Shown: positions 42,154-52,281, counted from the whole stretch's first letter. The stretch is 63,997 nt of DNA, filler included, from an uncultured Methanosarcinales archaeon (GCA_964434475.1; 3 parts of 3 records of this genome joined end to end with filler, not necessarily neighbours in it); one strand, 5' to 3'. Numbers and translations: made by a program. Notes: a model not told the origin generated them from the letters alone.

Positions 42154-43357
42154 AGAAGAGATAAAATATACGCTGCAAGCATTATGGCACAGAAAGATGC
42201 GTAGTTTTCTTACTGTTATCTCTATCCTTATCGGAGTAATGGCTATATTCGCTATAGTCAGCTTCGGTCTTGGCATAATGGATTACATGAATGTGCTGGC
42301 TGAACAAGCAGGCACAGACAAGATATTTATCCAGGCTTCAAGCGGCGGAATGCCAGGAATAGATACTATTTTTAGTTTCAGCCAGCAAGATGTAGATTAT
42401 ATCGATAAGATAAAAGGTGTTGAAAAAAGTATAGGCATGTATATGAATCCTATAGAGGTAGAATACCACGATGAAAAAAAGTATGCTTTTATCGCTGGGA
42501 TGGATACAAAAGAACTGGATTTTTTGATGGAATCTTTCAATATAAATATTATCAAAGGAAGACAGATTGATGATGGTGATGTGAATAAAGTAACAGTAGG
42601 ATATAATTATCAAATTAAGGATAAGATATTCAGCAGACCAGTAAAGACAGGAGATAAGATATTCATTAACGGAAATCAAGTCAAGGTTGTCGGAGTATAT
42701 AGTGAAGTAGGGAATGCACAGGATGATTCTAATGTATATGTGACTTTTTCAACATATGAACAGTTGTTTCCTGAACAAGCAGACGAGTTTGGATTCATCT
42801 ATTCGCAAGTTGAAAAAGGTAAGAAGCCTGATGATATTGCAGAAAAGATAGAAGATAAGCTAAGAAAACGCTTTGATCAGGAAGAGGGCAAGGAATTGTT
42901 TACTGTGCAGACATTTGAGGATGCTCTTGAAACTTTCGGCAACATAATAAATATCTTAAGCGGAATGCTTGCGCTGATAGCATTAATATCGATGATAGTT
43001 GCTTCAGTCAATATAACAAATACCATGTATACTGCTGTCGTAGAAAGAACAAAAGAGATAGGCATAATGAAAGCTGTCGGTGCAACAAAAGAAAGCATAA
43101 TGTTCATATTTGTCTTTGAATCAGGATTTTTGGGATTGATTGGAGGCGTATTTGGTGTTCTGTTAGGGTATGGTGTTGCGAGCATAGGCGGATATGCTGC
43201 AGCTGTTTCAGGATATTCGGCAATATATCCTATCTTTCCCTGGTATCTTATTTCTGGATGTTTATTATTTGCTACACTGGTTGGAGCAGCTTCTGGCTAT
43301 CTGCCTGCAAAGCAGGCTGCAGCATTGAATCCAGTAGATGCTTTGCGTTACGAGTAA
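42149..43357 (+). CDS. ABC transporter permease (MacB/FtsX family)
   Basis: RSFLTVISILIG, ERTKEIGIMKAVGA, LNPVDALRYE. Confidence 0.95.
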   Translation: MIEEIKYTLQALWHRKMRSFLTVISILIGVMAIFAIVSFGLGIMDYMNVLAEQAGTDKIFIQASSGGMPGIDTIFSFSQQDVDYIDKIKGVEKSIGMYMNPIEVEYHDEKKYAFIAGMDTKELDFLMESFNINIIKGRQIDDGDVNKVTVGYNYQIKDKIFSRPVKTGDKIFINGNQVKVVGVYSEVGNAQDDSNVYVTFSTYEQLFPEQADEFGFIYSQVEKGKKPDDIAEKIEDKLRKRFDQEEGKELFTVQTFEDALETFGNIINILSGMLALIALISMIVASVNITNTMYTAVVERTKEIGIMKAVGATKESIMFIFVFESGFLGLIGGVFGVLLGYGVASIGGYAAAVSGYSAIYPIFPWYLISGCLLFATLVGAASGYLPAKQAAALNPVDALRYE

Positions 43358-43446
43358 TGCTAAGTCAATGAATAGAACAAATCTATGATAAAGATTGTCC
43401 TATAGCACTATGGCTTTAAGTAAGGAAATCAATAAAAATTCCTAAA

Positions 43447-44385
43447 TTATAAGCGAGACATCTTATTGATATAATTTCTTAATTTATCTTTCACTTCTGT
43501 TTTTAGTTTCTTATCAAAGCTTAATTTATCAACTTCTTTGTTCCAATCAATATCAGGCATGTTTGACATATTACTTTCAAGCTTTCTATTGGCTAATTTG
43601 CATTCTTCTTCAATTTTTTGTGAGAAATTCGTATTAAACAATTTAATGCTTGGAAATTTTGTAAAATTATCTGCTCCTGCTTCAAGTAATCTGTGTATCT
43701 CATCCAGCTTATTGACCCATGATCCTGCTATCACATGCAGATAAGGAAACTCTTTTCTTACTGCTTTTATCCATTTCACATAATCATTTATGTCTGGAGA
43801 TTTTGTGAATTCTGTACCTTTCTGTGGATTCAAAGAATAGAATGTTATCCTTTTTATGTTATTTTGTTTTATGAAATCTATAAGCAAAGATATATCTTCT
43901 TCTGTCTCTCCTAACCCTATTATGATAGTCATCGCTTTTTTTAGTTCATGCTTATCGCAAAGCTTGAACATATCTTTAATTTCACCAATTGGCTTGCTAG
44001 GGCAGACATAATCGTGTACTTTCGGATTTATGCATTCAACAGCACCGCACAATCCTTTTATGTATGGCTTAAACCTTACTATATCTTTTTCATCAATCAC
44101 ACCAATATTCAGCCATTGCTTTTCTTTTGTAATCTCACATATTTTTTTGAACAGATCCAACAGTTCGTCTGATGTAAAACTCTCGTAGCCACCGGAAATG
44201 AATTCTATCTTCCAATTAAGATTCTTGCATATTATTGCTTCTGCTAATATACTGCTTATCCGCCTTCTGGCCAGTTTAGGGTTCTTAATCTTGTCTTTCT
44301 GCGTCGACATATAACAGAATTTACAGTCTCCTCTGCTGCAATACCAAGATAAAAATATAGCTCTTTCGAAATATACTTTGTTCAT
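43447..44385 (-). CDS. Radical SAM protein (BioB-like)
   Basis: CSRGDCKFC (Cx4Cx2C), SGG, IIGLGET. Confidence 0.85.
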   Translation of the reverse strand: MNKVYFERAIFLSWYCSRGDCKFCYMSTQKDKIKNPKLARRRISSILAEAIICKNLNWKIEFISGGYESFTSDELLDLFKKICEITKEKQWLNIGVIDEKDIVRFKPYIKGLCGAVECINPKVHDYVCPSKPIGEIKDMFKLCDKHELKKAMTIIIGLGETEEDISLLIDFIKQNNIKRITFYSLNPQKGTEFTKSPDINDYVKWIKAVRKEFPYLHVIAGSWVNKLDEIHRLLEAGADNFTKFPSIKLFNTNFSQKIEEECKLANRKLESNMSNMPDIDWNKEVDKLSFDKKLKTEVKDKLRNYINKMSRL

Positions 44386-44419
44386 AATTTAATAAAAGAA
44401 AAAGAAAGTTTAAAAAGGT

Positions 44420-45172
44420 TTACATCTCCATATATTTTACATTAGATGCTTCTTCACCATCATCTAAATCCCTGACAACAACATTCGGAGATGCTTTGTT
44501 GATCCTTGCAATTATAGAATGTAATTGAGATTCGGCAAGATTATTATCCATTACCAAAGCAACATTCTTTTTTTCATTTGTATGTCCGTAAAATACAAGA
44601 TACCTATGACCATTGTTCTCTACTTTATCCTCTGAAACAGGCTCAAAATTACTCTTGTAATATTCTAATATAGAGACTGTTTTTGTAGATTTCAGATAAT
44701 CAGTAAATTTATCCAAGGATTTAAAGAATCTTGTTCTTTTGTTGTTCCACATGTCAAAAACATGCATATCTTTTTCTTTTCTGTCATTTATATCCTCGAC
44801 ATAGTCTTTAGCAGCTTCATCATCTCCAAAACTCTTAAGTTCTGCTAATGCTTTATTATAATGATCTATGCTTTTTCTTACATATTCATTTGCAAAGACC
44901 TTGTCACCTAACTTAAATATCAACTCTGCAGCATCTGCATAAGATACAGCAGTCATCAAAGAGTAATCTATCTTGTCATGTATATCTTCTTTATCAAAAG
45001 TATCTATCTTTTGTTCGAGAGAAGATATCTTATCATCAAGCATATCAGTTACTTCTTTAGTATTTGATTTTTGATTCAATAATCTATCAATAACTTTATT
45101 TTTTAAACCAATATAAGCAAATTTTCTTCTTTCATTAAGTACATAACCTTCTACCATATTAACCACCCACAA
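44420..45172 (-). CDS. Hypothetical protein
   Basis: 250-aa ORF; true start may be a few codons downstream. Confidence 0.65.
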   Translation of the reverse strand: MWVVNMVEGYVLNERRKFAYIGLKNKVIDRLLNQKSNTKEVTDMLDDKISSLEQKIDTFDKEDIHDKIDYSLMTAVSYADAAELIFKLGDKVFANEYVRKSIDHYNKALAELKSFGDDEAAKDYVEDINDRKEKDMHVFDMWNNKRTRFFKSLDKFTDYLKSTKTVSILEYYKSNFEPVSEDKVENNGHRYLVFYGHTNEKKNVALVMDNNLAESQLHSIIARINKASPNVVVRDLDDGEEASNVKYMEM

Positions 45173-45319
45173 TATTAAAATAATTGTCTAAGTGATAATT
45201 CATTTATAAAATTTACTGTTAAAACTATATAAAACATAGATTACATATACCTTCATTTATAAAAGAACGTAAGATTTTTAAATAAATCTGATTCTCGCAA
45301 TTATTTCGCGAGGCAGAAT

Positions 45320-45634
45320 ATGAAAAATAGCTTACAAACTTACACAAAAATATTTTACATAGGAAATGATAAATTCAGTTATCATACTGAAGTAGAAGAA
45401 TACAATAAAAGATCAGCAGAACAAGGCATAAGAATAAGGGTTGCTGAAATAGAAAATATTGGTGAATTGGTTAGAAGCGTGAATGAAAAAATTTCAGGAA
45501 TATTGATTTCAGACGAATACCAAATAAACAATTTATCAAGAAACAAGAGAAGTAAATTAAGAAATCTGATATTTTATGATAAAAACAACATAAGCTATGG
45601 AGATATTTCTTCAGCTTTAAAAAAGGTGATGTGA
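45320..45634 (+). CDS. Hypothetical protein
   Basis: GAGG RBS; first of a tightly packed run of small ORFs. Confidence 0.55.
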   Translation: MKNSLQTYTKIFYIGNDKFSYHTEVEEYNKRSAEQGIRIRVAEIENIGELVRSVNEKISGILISDEYQINNLSRNKRSKLRNLIFYDKNNISYGDISSALKKVM

Positions 45635-46000
45635 ATGAGATACAAAGGAAATGAAAATGGTGTGAATTATAGAGGAAGAAACAATTATAGGGCAAAGTTT
45701 AATCCAGGGAAAGAAAATGTTAAGCTAGAGCCTTTTGAAGTTAATGTTTCATCTCAATATTCTATGCTTAAAGAGCATATAGACAAAGGAAAACAAGAAG
45801 GACTGATCAGAAGTGAAAATCGTGTTTGGTATTCCTATTTAAAATTGAGCAGCAATAGCACACACCACTCAAGAGAACAAGCATTAGAAAGAACTATCGA
45901 AAAGATAGGAAGAGGAGATTATTCTACTTTGCCAAAAAGAAAGCAAAAAAGGAAATATGTGTCTAACATAACCCCTTCCTTTACATATGATGATGCATGA
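45635..46000 (+). CDS. Hypothetical protein
   Basis: GGTGAT RBS; abuts previous ORF. Confidence 0.55.
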   Translation: MRYKGNENGVNYRGRNNYRAKFNPGKENVKLEPFEVNVSSQYSMLKEHIDKGKQEGLIRSENRVWYSYLKLSSNSTHHSREQALERTIEKIGRGDYSTLPKRKQKRKYVSNITPSFTYDDA

Positions 46001-46208
46001 TGTTAAGATGAAAGAAATAACTATCGATGAAACAATAAGGAAAGAAGCAGAATTTAAAAATTTCGGATATACAAATCCTGATTATTTTATGAAGTATAAA
46101 GGAGAGATATACGAAAGGGTTGAACAAGATAAGTATAGGTTGCTAGATTCTTTTGAAAAAGCGAATGGTAATTATGGTGGAATAAACATGAACCGAGGGA
46201 TATTATGA
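45987..46208 (+). CDS. Hypothetical protein
   Basis: Overlaps previous ORF. Confidence 0.45.
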   Translation: MMMHDVKMKEITIDETIRKEAEFKNFGYTNPDYFMKYKGEIYERVEQDKYRLLDSFEKANGNYGGINMNRGIL

Positions 46209-46422
46209 AAAAAGAACTAGGATTAGGAAAACCTAAACCGATAGAAAAATTGGAAAATATAGTAATAAGTATCAAACACAAAGAAAGAAAAGTATTAAGA
46301 TAAGTTATAGAACAGATAACAAAAAACTATCCAGGAATAAAAGAAAATTATCTTCTTCAGAACAAAGAGAGAACATATAGCAATACTAAATCTAGAATGT
46401 AGATTCTATAAAGTAAAAAGTA

Positions 46423-46512
46423 AGCCTCTCCCGAGAATTGAACTCGGGACCTTGCGCTTTTTGTTTCTTTATAGAATACCAAGCGCACGCTCTACCACTG
46501 AGCCAGAGAGGC
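46423..46512 (-). tRNA. tRNA-Thr(GGT) with 18-nt intron at 37/38 (46459-46476)
   Basis: Acceptor GCCTCTC/GAGAGGC, anticodon stem TGCGC/GCGCA, T arm CCGAG-TTCAATT-CTCGG; relaxed BHB. Confidence 0.92.
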
Positions 46513-46558
46513 GTAGTGTGTGAGAATTTGCGTTGATTTAAAAAAGTTTTCAAAATAT

Positions 46559-48310
46559 CTACTTTTCATCCTCTTCATCATCATGTCCTTCGCACATAAG
46601 GCACACATTACCTACATTAAACACCTGGCTTTCTTTGCTTTTATCCCTATATATAGTTATTCCTTTGCATCCTTGGTCATAAGCAAGGATAAAAGTTTTC
46701 CTTACATCCTGTTGAGTAGCATACTGAGAAAAATTGACTGTCTTGCTAACAGCATTGTCAGTATACTTCTGGAATGCTGCCTGCATCTTTACATGGTATT
46801 CAGGAGAAACCTCGTGAGCAGTAACAAAAAGTTTTTGTATCTCTTTAGGTATATCATCTATTCCTTTTACTGTGCCTTTTTTAGTAACCTTATCCAACAA
46901 TTCTTGGGAATAAAAGCCTTTTCTTCTTGCAATTTCCTTGAATAATCTATTGACATGCCTAAATGTCTTATCTAGTATATTCCTTTCATAAGCTACAGCA
47001 AACAAAGGCTCTATGCTTGGACTACAGCCAGCTATGATACTTATCGATCCAGTAGGAGCGATTGTTGTTATAGTTGCGTTTCTTACCCTATCTTTTCTGC
47101 TTTCAGTATCATATATACTTGCTTCGAAAGCAGGAAAAACTCCTCTATGTTCTGCAAGTTCATGTGACTTATGTCTGCTTGTCTCATAAATAAATTTCAT
47201 AATATCTTTTGCTGTCTGCAATGCTTCTTCAGAATCATAAGGTATCCCTAATTTTATGAGCATATCAGCAAAACCCATAACACCTAAACCTATCTTTCTG
47301 CTTGCTTTTGTCGCTTCTTCTATCTTAGGTATAGGATATGTGTTTACCTCGATTATATCATCAAGAAATCTTACAGCAAGCATCACTATCTTTTCCAGCA
47401 GTTCATAATCTATCTTACCATTATTAACAAATTTAGATAAGTTTATGCTTCCAAGATTACAGCTTTCATAGGGCAGCAAAGGAGTCTCACCGCAAGGATT
47501 AGTGCTTTCAAACTTGCCTAATTTAGGGGTAGGATTATTCTTGTTCATCTTATCTATAAATATCACACCAGGATCAGCACATTTCCAGGCATTATCTGCA
47601 ATAAGGTTGAATATTTTTCTTGCACTTATCTTCTTTATAGATCTTCTATTTTTTGGATTTCTCAAATCAAAATAATCATTATTTTTTACAGCAAGCATAA
47701 ACTCATCGCTTAAAGCGACAGATATATTGAAATTGCTTAACCTGCCATCCACAGTTTTTACAGTGATGAATTCTTCTATATCAGGATGATCAACTCTCAA
47801 TATACCCATATTGGCTCCTCTTCTTCTTCCGCCTTGTTTAACAACATCCGTAGCCTTATCATAAATTTCCATAAAACTAACAGGACCAGAACTTACACCT
47901 CCTGTTAATTTCAATCTAGCACCTTCGGGCCTTAAATTAGAAAATGAAAAACCAGTACCTCCCCCTGTTTGATGAACTAATGCACTGTCTTTCAGTGTTT
48001 TGAATATGCTCTCTAAGCTATCCTCTATTGGCAGTACAAAACAAGCGCTTAATTGTCCAAGCTTAGTTCCTGAATTCATCAATGTTGGAGAGTTTGGCAG
48101 AAACAGAAGATTGTCCATCATCTCAAAAAATTCGTCTTCTATTTTCTTAGATTCATACCTTGTATTGTATTTAAGCTCAGCTTTAGCAACAACTTTTGCA
48201 ACCCTTCTGAACATCTCTTCAGGTGTTTCTATTATTTTTCCTGTTTCAGAATCTTTTAACAAATATCTCTCTCTAAGAACTTTTAGTGCATTTCTTGTCA
48301 ATGTTACCAT
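46559..48310 (-). CDS. nrdJ: Class II (adenosylcobalamin-dependent) ribonucleotide reductase
   Basis: PNSPTLMN, LSACF, TNPCGE, CNLGS, IAPTG, KGITIYRD, C-terminal CxxC; no beta subunit nearby. Confidence 0.9.
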   Translation of the reverse strand: MVTLTRNALKVLRERYLLKDSETGKIIETPEEMFRRVAKVVAKAELKYNTRYESKKIEDEFFEMMDNLLFLPNSPTLMNSGTKLGQLSACFVLPIEDSLESIFKTLKDSALVHQTGGGTGFSFSNLRPEGARLKLTGGVSSGPVSFMEIYDKATDVVKQGGRRRGANMGILRVDHPDIEEFITVKTVDGRLSNFNISVALSDEFMLAVKNNDYFDLRNPKNRRSIKKISARKIFNLIADNAWKCADPGVIFIDKMNKNNPTPKLGKFESTNPCGETPLLPYESCNLGSINLSKFVNNGKIDYELLEKIVMLAVRFLDDIIEVNTYPIPKIEEATKASRKIGLGVMGFADMLIKLGIPYDSEEALQTAKDIMKFIYETSRHKSHELAEHRGVFPAFEASIYDTESRKDRVRNATITTIAPTGSISIIAGCSPSIEPLFAVAYERNILDKTFRHVNRLFKEIARRKGFYSQELLDKVTKKGTVKGIDDIPKEIQKLFVTAHEVSPEYHVKMQAAFQKYTDNAVSKTVNFSQYATQQDVRKTFILAYDQGCKGITIYRDKSKESQVFNVGNVCLMCEGHDDEEDEK

Positions 48311-48360
48311 AATACCCCTCTTTTATATGTTTTAGCAACTTCTATTTATAAATTTTTCTA

Positions 48361-48512
48361 GAAAAAAATCAATAAAAATTCCTAAAATCTAACTACCAGT
48401 CGTAGCAAGCTACGAGGTATACGTTAGATTTTTTGCTACGGAATCAGAATTTTTAAGATTACAAACTGAAAACCGTTGCAAAGCAAAGGAGAATAAAACC
48501 CAGTTTGTAATT
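48361..48512. repeat. Composite hairpin element: full family B copy (48361-48460) abutting a family A copy (48458-48512)
   Basis: AAAATCTAAC/GTTAGATTTT and TCGTAGC-AA-GCTACGA stems; ATTACAAACTG/CAGTTTGTAAT stem. Confidence 0.8.
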
Positions 48513-48667
48513 AAATATCTGAATATAATAATAAGGAAATATTTGATAAAATTAAAAAAAAGAACTGATCCAAAGTTCTATAGATTGATATCACCAATAA
48601 CCACATAAATATCTAAGAGTGTTTATACTGAAATAAAAAAAGGACAAAAAAATAAGAAATGAATTGC

Positions 48668-48862
48668 TTAACTTTCACTTACCTTGATTGCGTCAACAGG
48701 ACAAATATCTTCAGCTTCTTTTGCGCAACCAGCATCATCAACTTCTGATTTTTTAGGTTGTGCTTTACCGTCGTCATTCATCTCGAACATATCTGCACAT
48801 TGAGCAGTGCAAGCTCCACATCCTATACATTTATCCTTATCTACCTCTATCTTAAATGTCAT
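48668..48862 (-). CDS. Ferredoxin (single cluster)
   Basis: CIGCGAC...CP. Confidence 0.93.
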   Translation of the reverse strand: MTFKIEVDKDKCIGCGACTAQCADMFEMNDDGKAQPKKSEVDDAGCAKEAEDICPVDAIKVSES

Positions 48863-49055
48863 TAATAATCACCTGATGATTAGATTAATAAAGTGTATAT
48901 AAACTTTTTGATTTAAATAAAAAACATTATTGACTATTAGCAAGTCATAAAGACATAGAGATTTATATATTTGGAATAATATAACACCACATAGAATTAT
49001 TAAAATTAAAAAAACAGACCACTATACAAAGATAAAGGTATTTTATGCTAAAGCT

Positions 49056-49307
49056 ATGGAATATACTAATTATGCAATAACCCAGACAAAGCTATATACT
49101 AAAAAGATTTTAAATGAATACATAATACCTGAAATCAAAGCAACTAAGATTGATTTTTCTCTAGATCCTATCAATAAACTAGGAAATATAAGAATAAAAA
49201 CTCCCCATATTGGATCACTTGGAATGATAATAGAAAAGACAAATGACAAGTTTGACATAAAAGATATCAAATACCAAAATCCTATGTTTTCTTTTAGCTA
49301 TATATAA
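49056..49307 (+). CDS. Hypothetical protein
   Basis: 83-aa ORF. Confidence 0.4.
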   Translation: MEYTNYAITQTKLYTKKILNEYIIPEIKATKIDFSLDPINKLGNIRIKTPHIGSLGMIIEKTNDKFDIKDIKYQNPMFSFSYI

Positions 49308-49490
49308 AATGAAACAAAAAGTTATAGACCATATAGTGAATCAAAGATTCCTCTTTAGAGGCGCAAGCCTTGAACACCTTGCTGAAAAGTATAATTTCAA
49401 TGATTATCATAAAGAAAGGATGATTAGGAAAGTGTTTAAGAATCTTAATAAATGTTAACAGTTCATAACAATCAGTCAATACACGAAAAG

Positions 49491-49559
49491 ATATTAAAAT
49501 ATTTTTTGTGTCTTAAAAATCTCTGATTTTTATGAGATCAGTAACATTAAAAGTATAAA
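49491..49559. repeat. Dispersed repeat family C, second copy
   Basis: Near-identical to 21494-21562. Confidence 0.85.
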
Positions 49560-49635
49560 TAATTCTGAAGCATAAAGTATATACAAAACTTCTTACTATA
49601 CGAGAAATATATATATCTGTAAAGTAATATAATCT

Positions 49636-49748
49636 ATGTCAACAAGCGAACCAGAAACTCTCTGAGTCAATCGGTTTGCCTTGACATTTGCATTATCAAA
49701 ACACCCTCCCCCTCTATGTTTGATTATGCAAATCTATTTCTTTTTTTT
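49636..49748 (+). ncRNA. Candidate stand-alone two-hairpin sRNA with C-rich loop
   Basis: BRE/TATA-like CGAGAAATATATATA at 49601-49615, two long stems, oligo-T at 49737-49748. Confidence 0.5.
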
Positions 49749-49855
49749 ACTGACTACTTATAAATAGGCTTTGCAGGCTTTGTATTGCAATATTAACAAA
49801 AACTTTATAAAATGAACAACATTACATATATTAAACTAACATGAGGTGGATAAAT

Positions 49856-50026
49856 ATGGCAGAAAATTTAGTAGTAAAAGCAAAGATAAAAGATGTTGCT
49901 CAGGGATATAATGTTGCTGGTGACTTAGCAGATGCATTGAACAAAAAAGTTGAAGAATTAGTTAAAGCTGCTTGTGCAAGAGCAGAAGCTAACAACAGAA
50001 AAACAGTAATGGCAAAAGATTTGTAA
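49856..50026 (+). CDS. Small histone-fold protein (DUF1931/archaeal histone-like)
   Basis: A..RA.AN.RKTVMAKDL histone-fold C-terminus; GAGGTG RBS; oligo-T terminator. Confidence 0.85.
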   Translation: MAENLVVKAKIKDVAQGYNVAGDLADALNKKVEELVKAACARAEANNRKTVMAKDL

Positions 50027-50405
50027 AGTCTTTTTTTTATTTTATTTTTTAGATGTTCATTTTTTATTTCCAAATAAGCACGATGTTAATCCCACCATAT
50101 CAAAAGTCAGTTATTCTAAGTCTTCAAACATATTACTATTTCTTCGTGCTTTTGGTCCACATTTTTTAATTAGATTACCAAGTTCTTCTTTAGTGACGAT
50201 TATAGGTATCATAGTATTATTTCTTATTTGATACGCAAACAGATCAAATTATGTGAAATATCTTAGTCTAGAAGCGATAACTCGCACATTTTATAATTTA
50301 ATCTATAAGTTAGCCATAGAAACAAAGGAAAATATGATAAAAGATAACATATGATAAAAGATAACAAGACCTATAGGCATGAATTTTTAAGAAAATATAA
50401 TATGA

Positions 50406-51536
50406 TCATCTAAACCCAAAAAAACCTTTTACTTTTTCCCATAAACTTTTCTCTTTAGGTAATTCAGGCATAGGTGGCGGAGGCATAGGAGGTTTCTGTG
50501 ATTTTCCTGCTCCCTCTTCAATTTTCGTTATATATTCTCTTTCAGGTTTTTTAAGAATTTCTTTCAAAGGTCTTACTCCTGATTCATCAAGAAGATGATG
50601 GTGCTTTGATTCTGGCACAGGTTTTGTCTCTTCAGGCTTAAAAGAAGGGAAACTTGTCCTTTCTTTGACTTTTAATTCTGGGTTAAAAGAAGTTTCCTCT
50701 TGCTTAAGCGACTTTTTACTAATTGTCTCTTCAGGCTTAACTTCAGGCTTAAAAGAAGGGAAACTTGGTTTTTCAGGAAGCTCTTTATGCTCATAAGACA
50801 ATGTTTGATCTGGCTTAGGCAAGCCTTTTTTTATATCTTCATGCTTATCCTTCAGAGTATCTATCCTTTCTTTTAATCTCTTCATCCTTTTGGGTTCTTT
50901 ACTTTCCATACCTTTTGATTTCAATTCAGCATATCTTTGTTCAAGCTTTCTGATGAATCCAACTATCCTCTTCAATCTTATAGAATCCTGATACACCTTA
51001 TCTTTTATCTTGTTCTCAATCATCTCTATCCTTTTTTCTCTGTCGCTCGATTCGGTTATTCCTGACTGAATCTTGTTCAAAGACTGCTTTAAGGTATCCA
51101 CTTTTTCCTGCAGATCCTTCTTATCAGAAAGTTTGTTCTCAAGTTCTGCGATTTTAGAATTAAGTTCAGTGATTATCTTCGTATCCTGTTCTGCTATCTT
51201 GAGAAGCTTCTCCTCAAGAGCCTTTATATCTTCAAGCATAGTATTTTTATCAGATTCATCAGCCAACACTTTGCCCTCAAACTGTTTTGTAAGTTTAGTT
51301 CCATAATGCTGATAGTTTATAATTTTCTTCTCTTTTTCTATAACTTTGTTAAGAGTATTTAGCAAAGCATCATATTCTCTGCCTATAGTTTCTTTCTTAA
51401 CATTCTTTCTTGAACTTAATCTTTTAAGCTTATCAACCTGCGTATACATTTCTTGTTTTGCTTTCTCTTTCTCTTCAAGCTTAGCAGAAGCTTTCTGCAA
51501 ACTCCTTAACAAGATCTTGATTTTATCAGAATTCAT
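50406..51536 (-). CDS. Coiled-coil protein with Pro-rich tail and C-terminal amphipathic helix
   Basis: Heptad-rich K/E/L N-terminus, PPMPPPPMP, SLWEKVKGFFGFR. Confidence 0.7.
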   Translation of the reverse strand: MNSDKIKILLRSLQKASAKLEEKEKAKQEMYTQVDKLKRLSSRKNVKKETIGREYDALLNTLNKVIEKEKKIINYQHYGTKLTKQFEGKVLADESDKNTMLEDIKALEEKLLKIAEQDTKIITELNSKIAELENKLSDKKDLQEKVDTLKQSLNKIQSGITESSDREKRIEMIENKIKDKVYQDSIRLKRIVGFIRKLEQRYAELKSKGMESKEPKRMKRLKERIDTLKDKHEDIKKGLPKPDQTLSYEHKELPEKPSFPSFKPEVKPEETISKKSLKQEETSFNPELKVKERTSFPSFKPEETKPVPESKHHHLLDESGVRPLKEILKKPEREYITKIEEGAGKSQKPPMPPPPMPELPKEKSLWEKVKGFFGFR

Positions 51537-52060
51537 TTAAACAACCCGAACATCCCCTTTTTTTTCTCTGATTTAGGCGGTACTGGAGGAGGCATAGGCG
51601 GCGGAGTCATAGGTTTTGGTTTTGCAGGAACTTCATGCTTAGATCCAGTGCTTCCATATGAAGGGTGAGCTGGATGCGAAGAATGTGTCGGACGCATTGG
51701 CCTATGACCAGTAACATGTTTTGGCTTTTCTTTCATCTTCGTCACCATATCTGCAACAGCGACAATACCTTTTGCTATCTGCTCGTTCTGGTCTATAATA
51801 TTGTCAAGCTTTTCCATCATAGGAGAAATATTTTTTGAAAGCACTTTCTGTTCATGTTCCTCTTCTTTCATCTCTTCTGTAGCTGTCTTGAACAAATCTA
51901 TAACAGTATTAAGAGAATTTGAAAGTTTTCCCATAGCATCTTTTAAATCTTCCTTAACATTAGAAAAATCTTCATCAGCAGTTTTTTTCTTAAGATTTTC
52001 AAGATCTTCCTTAAGTTTACTAAAGCTTTGCTGAGGCATCAGTTCATATTCATCATCCAT
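51533..52060 (-). CDS. Coiled-coil protein with Pro-rich tail and C-terminal amphipathic motif
   Basis: GGTGAT RBS before ATG 52060; PPPMPPPVPP, KKKGMFGLFK. Confidence 0.7.
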   Translation of the reverse strand: MDDEYELMPQQSFSKLKEDLENLKKKTADEDFSNVKEDLKDAMGKLSNSLNTVIDLFKTATEEMKEEEHEQKVLSKNISPMMEKLDNIIDQNEQIAKGIVAVADMVTKMKEKPKHVTGHRPMRPTHSSHPAHPSYGSTGSKHEVPAKPKPMTPPPMPPPVPPKSEKKKGMFGLFK

Positions 52061-52196
52061 AATAATCACCACTCTTTTAAGATATATATAATATATCATA
52101 TAAAGTCATAATTCATTTATAAAGTTTGCGATTAAAATCAGTAAGCGACAGCAGCATACCCAAAAACTTTATAAACAATCTAGAATTTTTTAATCA

Positions 52197-52274
52197 CATA
52201 ACCAGGGATAAGTCGGTGATGCTTGCTTATGCCGGAAGTTAAAATAATTTTACTTCTGAATTTGGTTATGGAGG
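52197..52274 (+). promoter_or_regulatory. Candidate uS15 autoregulatory leader (three-way junction)
   Basis: Stems CATAACCAGG/TTTGGTTATG, ATAAGT/GCTTAT and CGGAAGT/ACTTCTG; abuts GGAGG SD. Confidence 0.6.
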
Positions 52275-52281
52275 AATAAAA

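Noticed and set aside
48387..48429. Perfect RYYYAAC/GTTRRRY pair (ATCTAAC/GTTAGAT) suggesting attC
   Set aside because: Only 43 nt, isolated between housekeeping genes and part of dispersed repeat family B; kept as a repeat only
49636..49687. GGCAAACC on the minus strand suggesting a c-di-GMP-I riboswitch
   Set aside because: No GNRA tetraloop or downstream GCAAAGC/P2 pattern; promoter and terminator cues favour a plus-strand transcript
50332..50367. Short direct repeat ATATGATAAAAGATAACA twice
   Set aside because: Simple local duplication in AT-rich intergenic DNA with no supporting context
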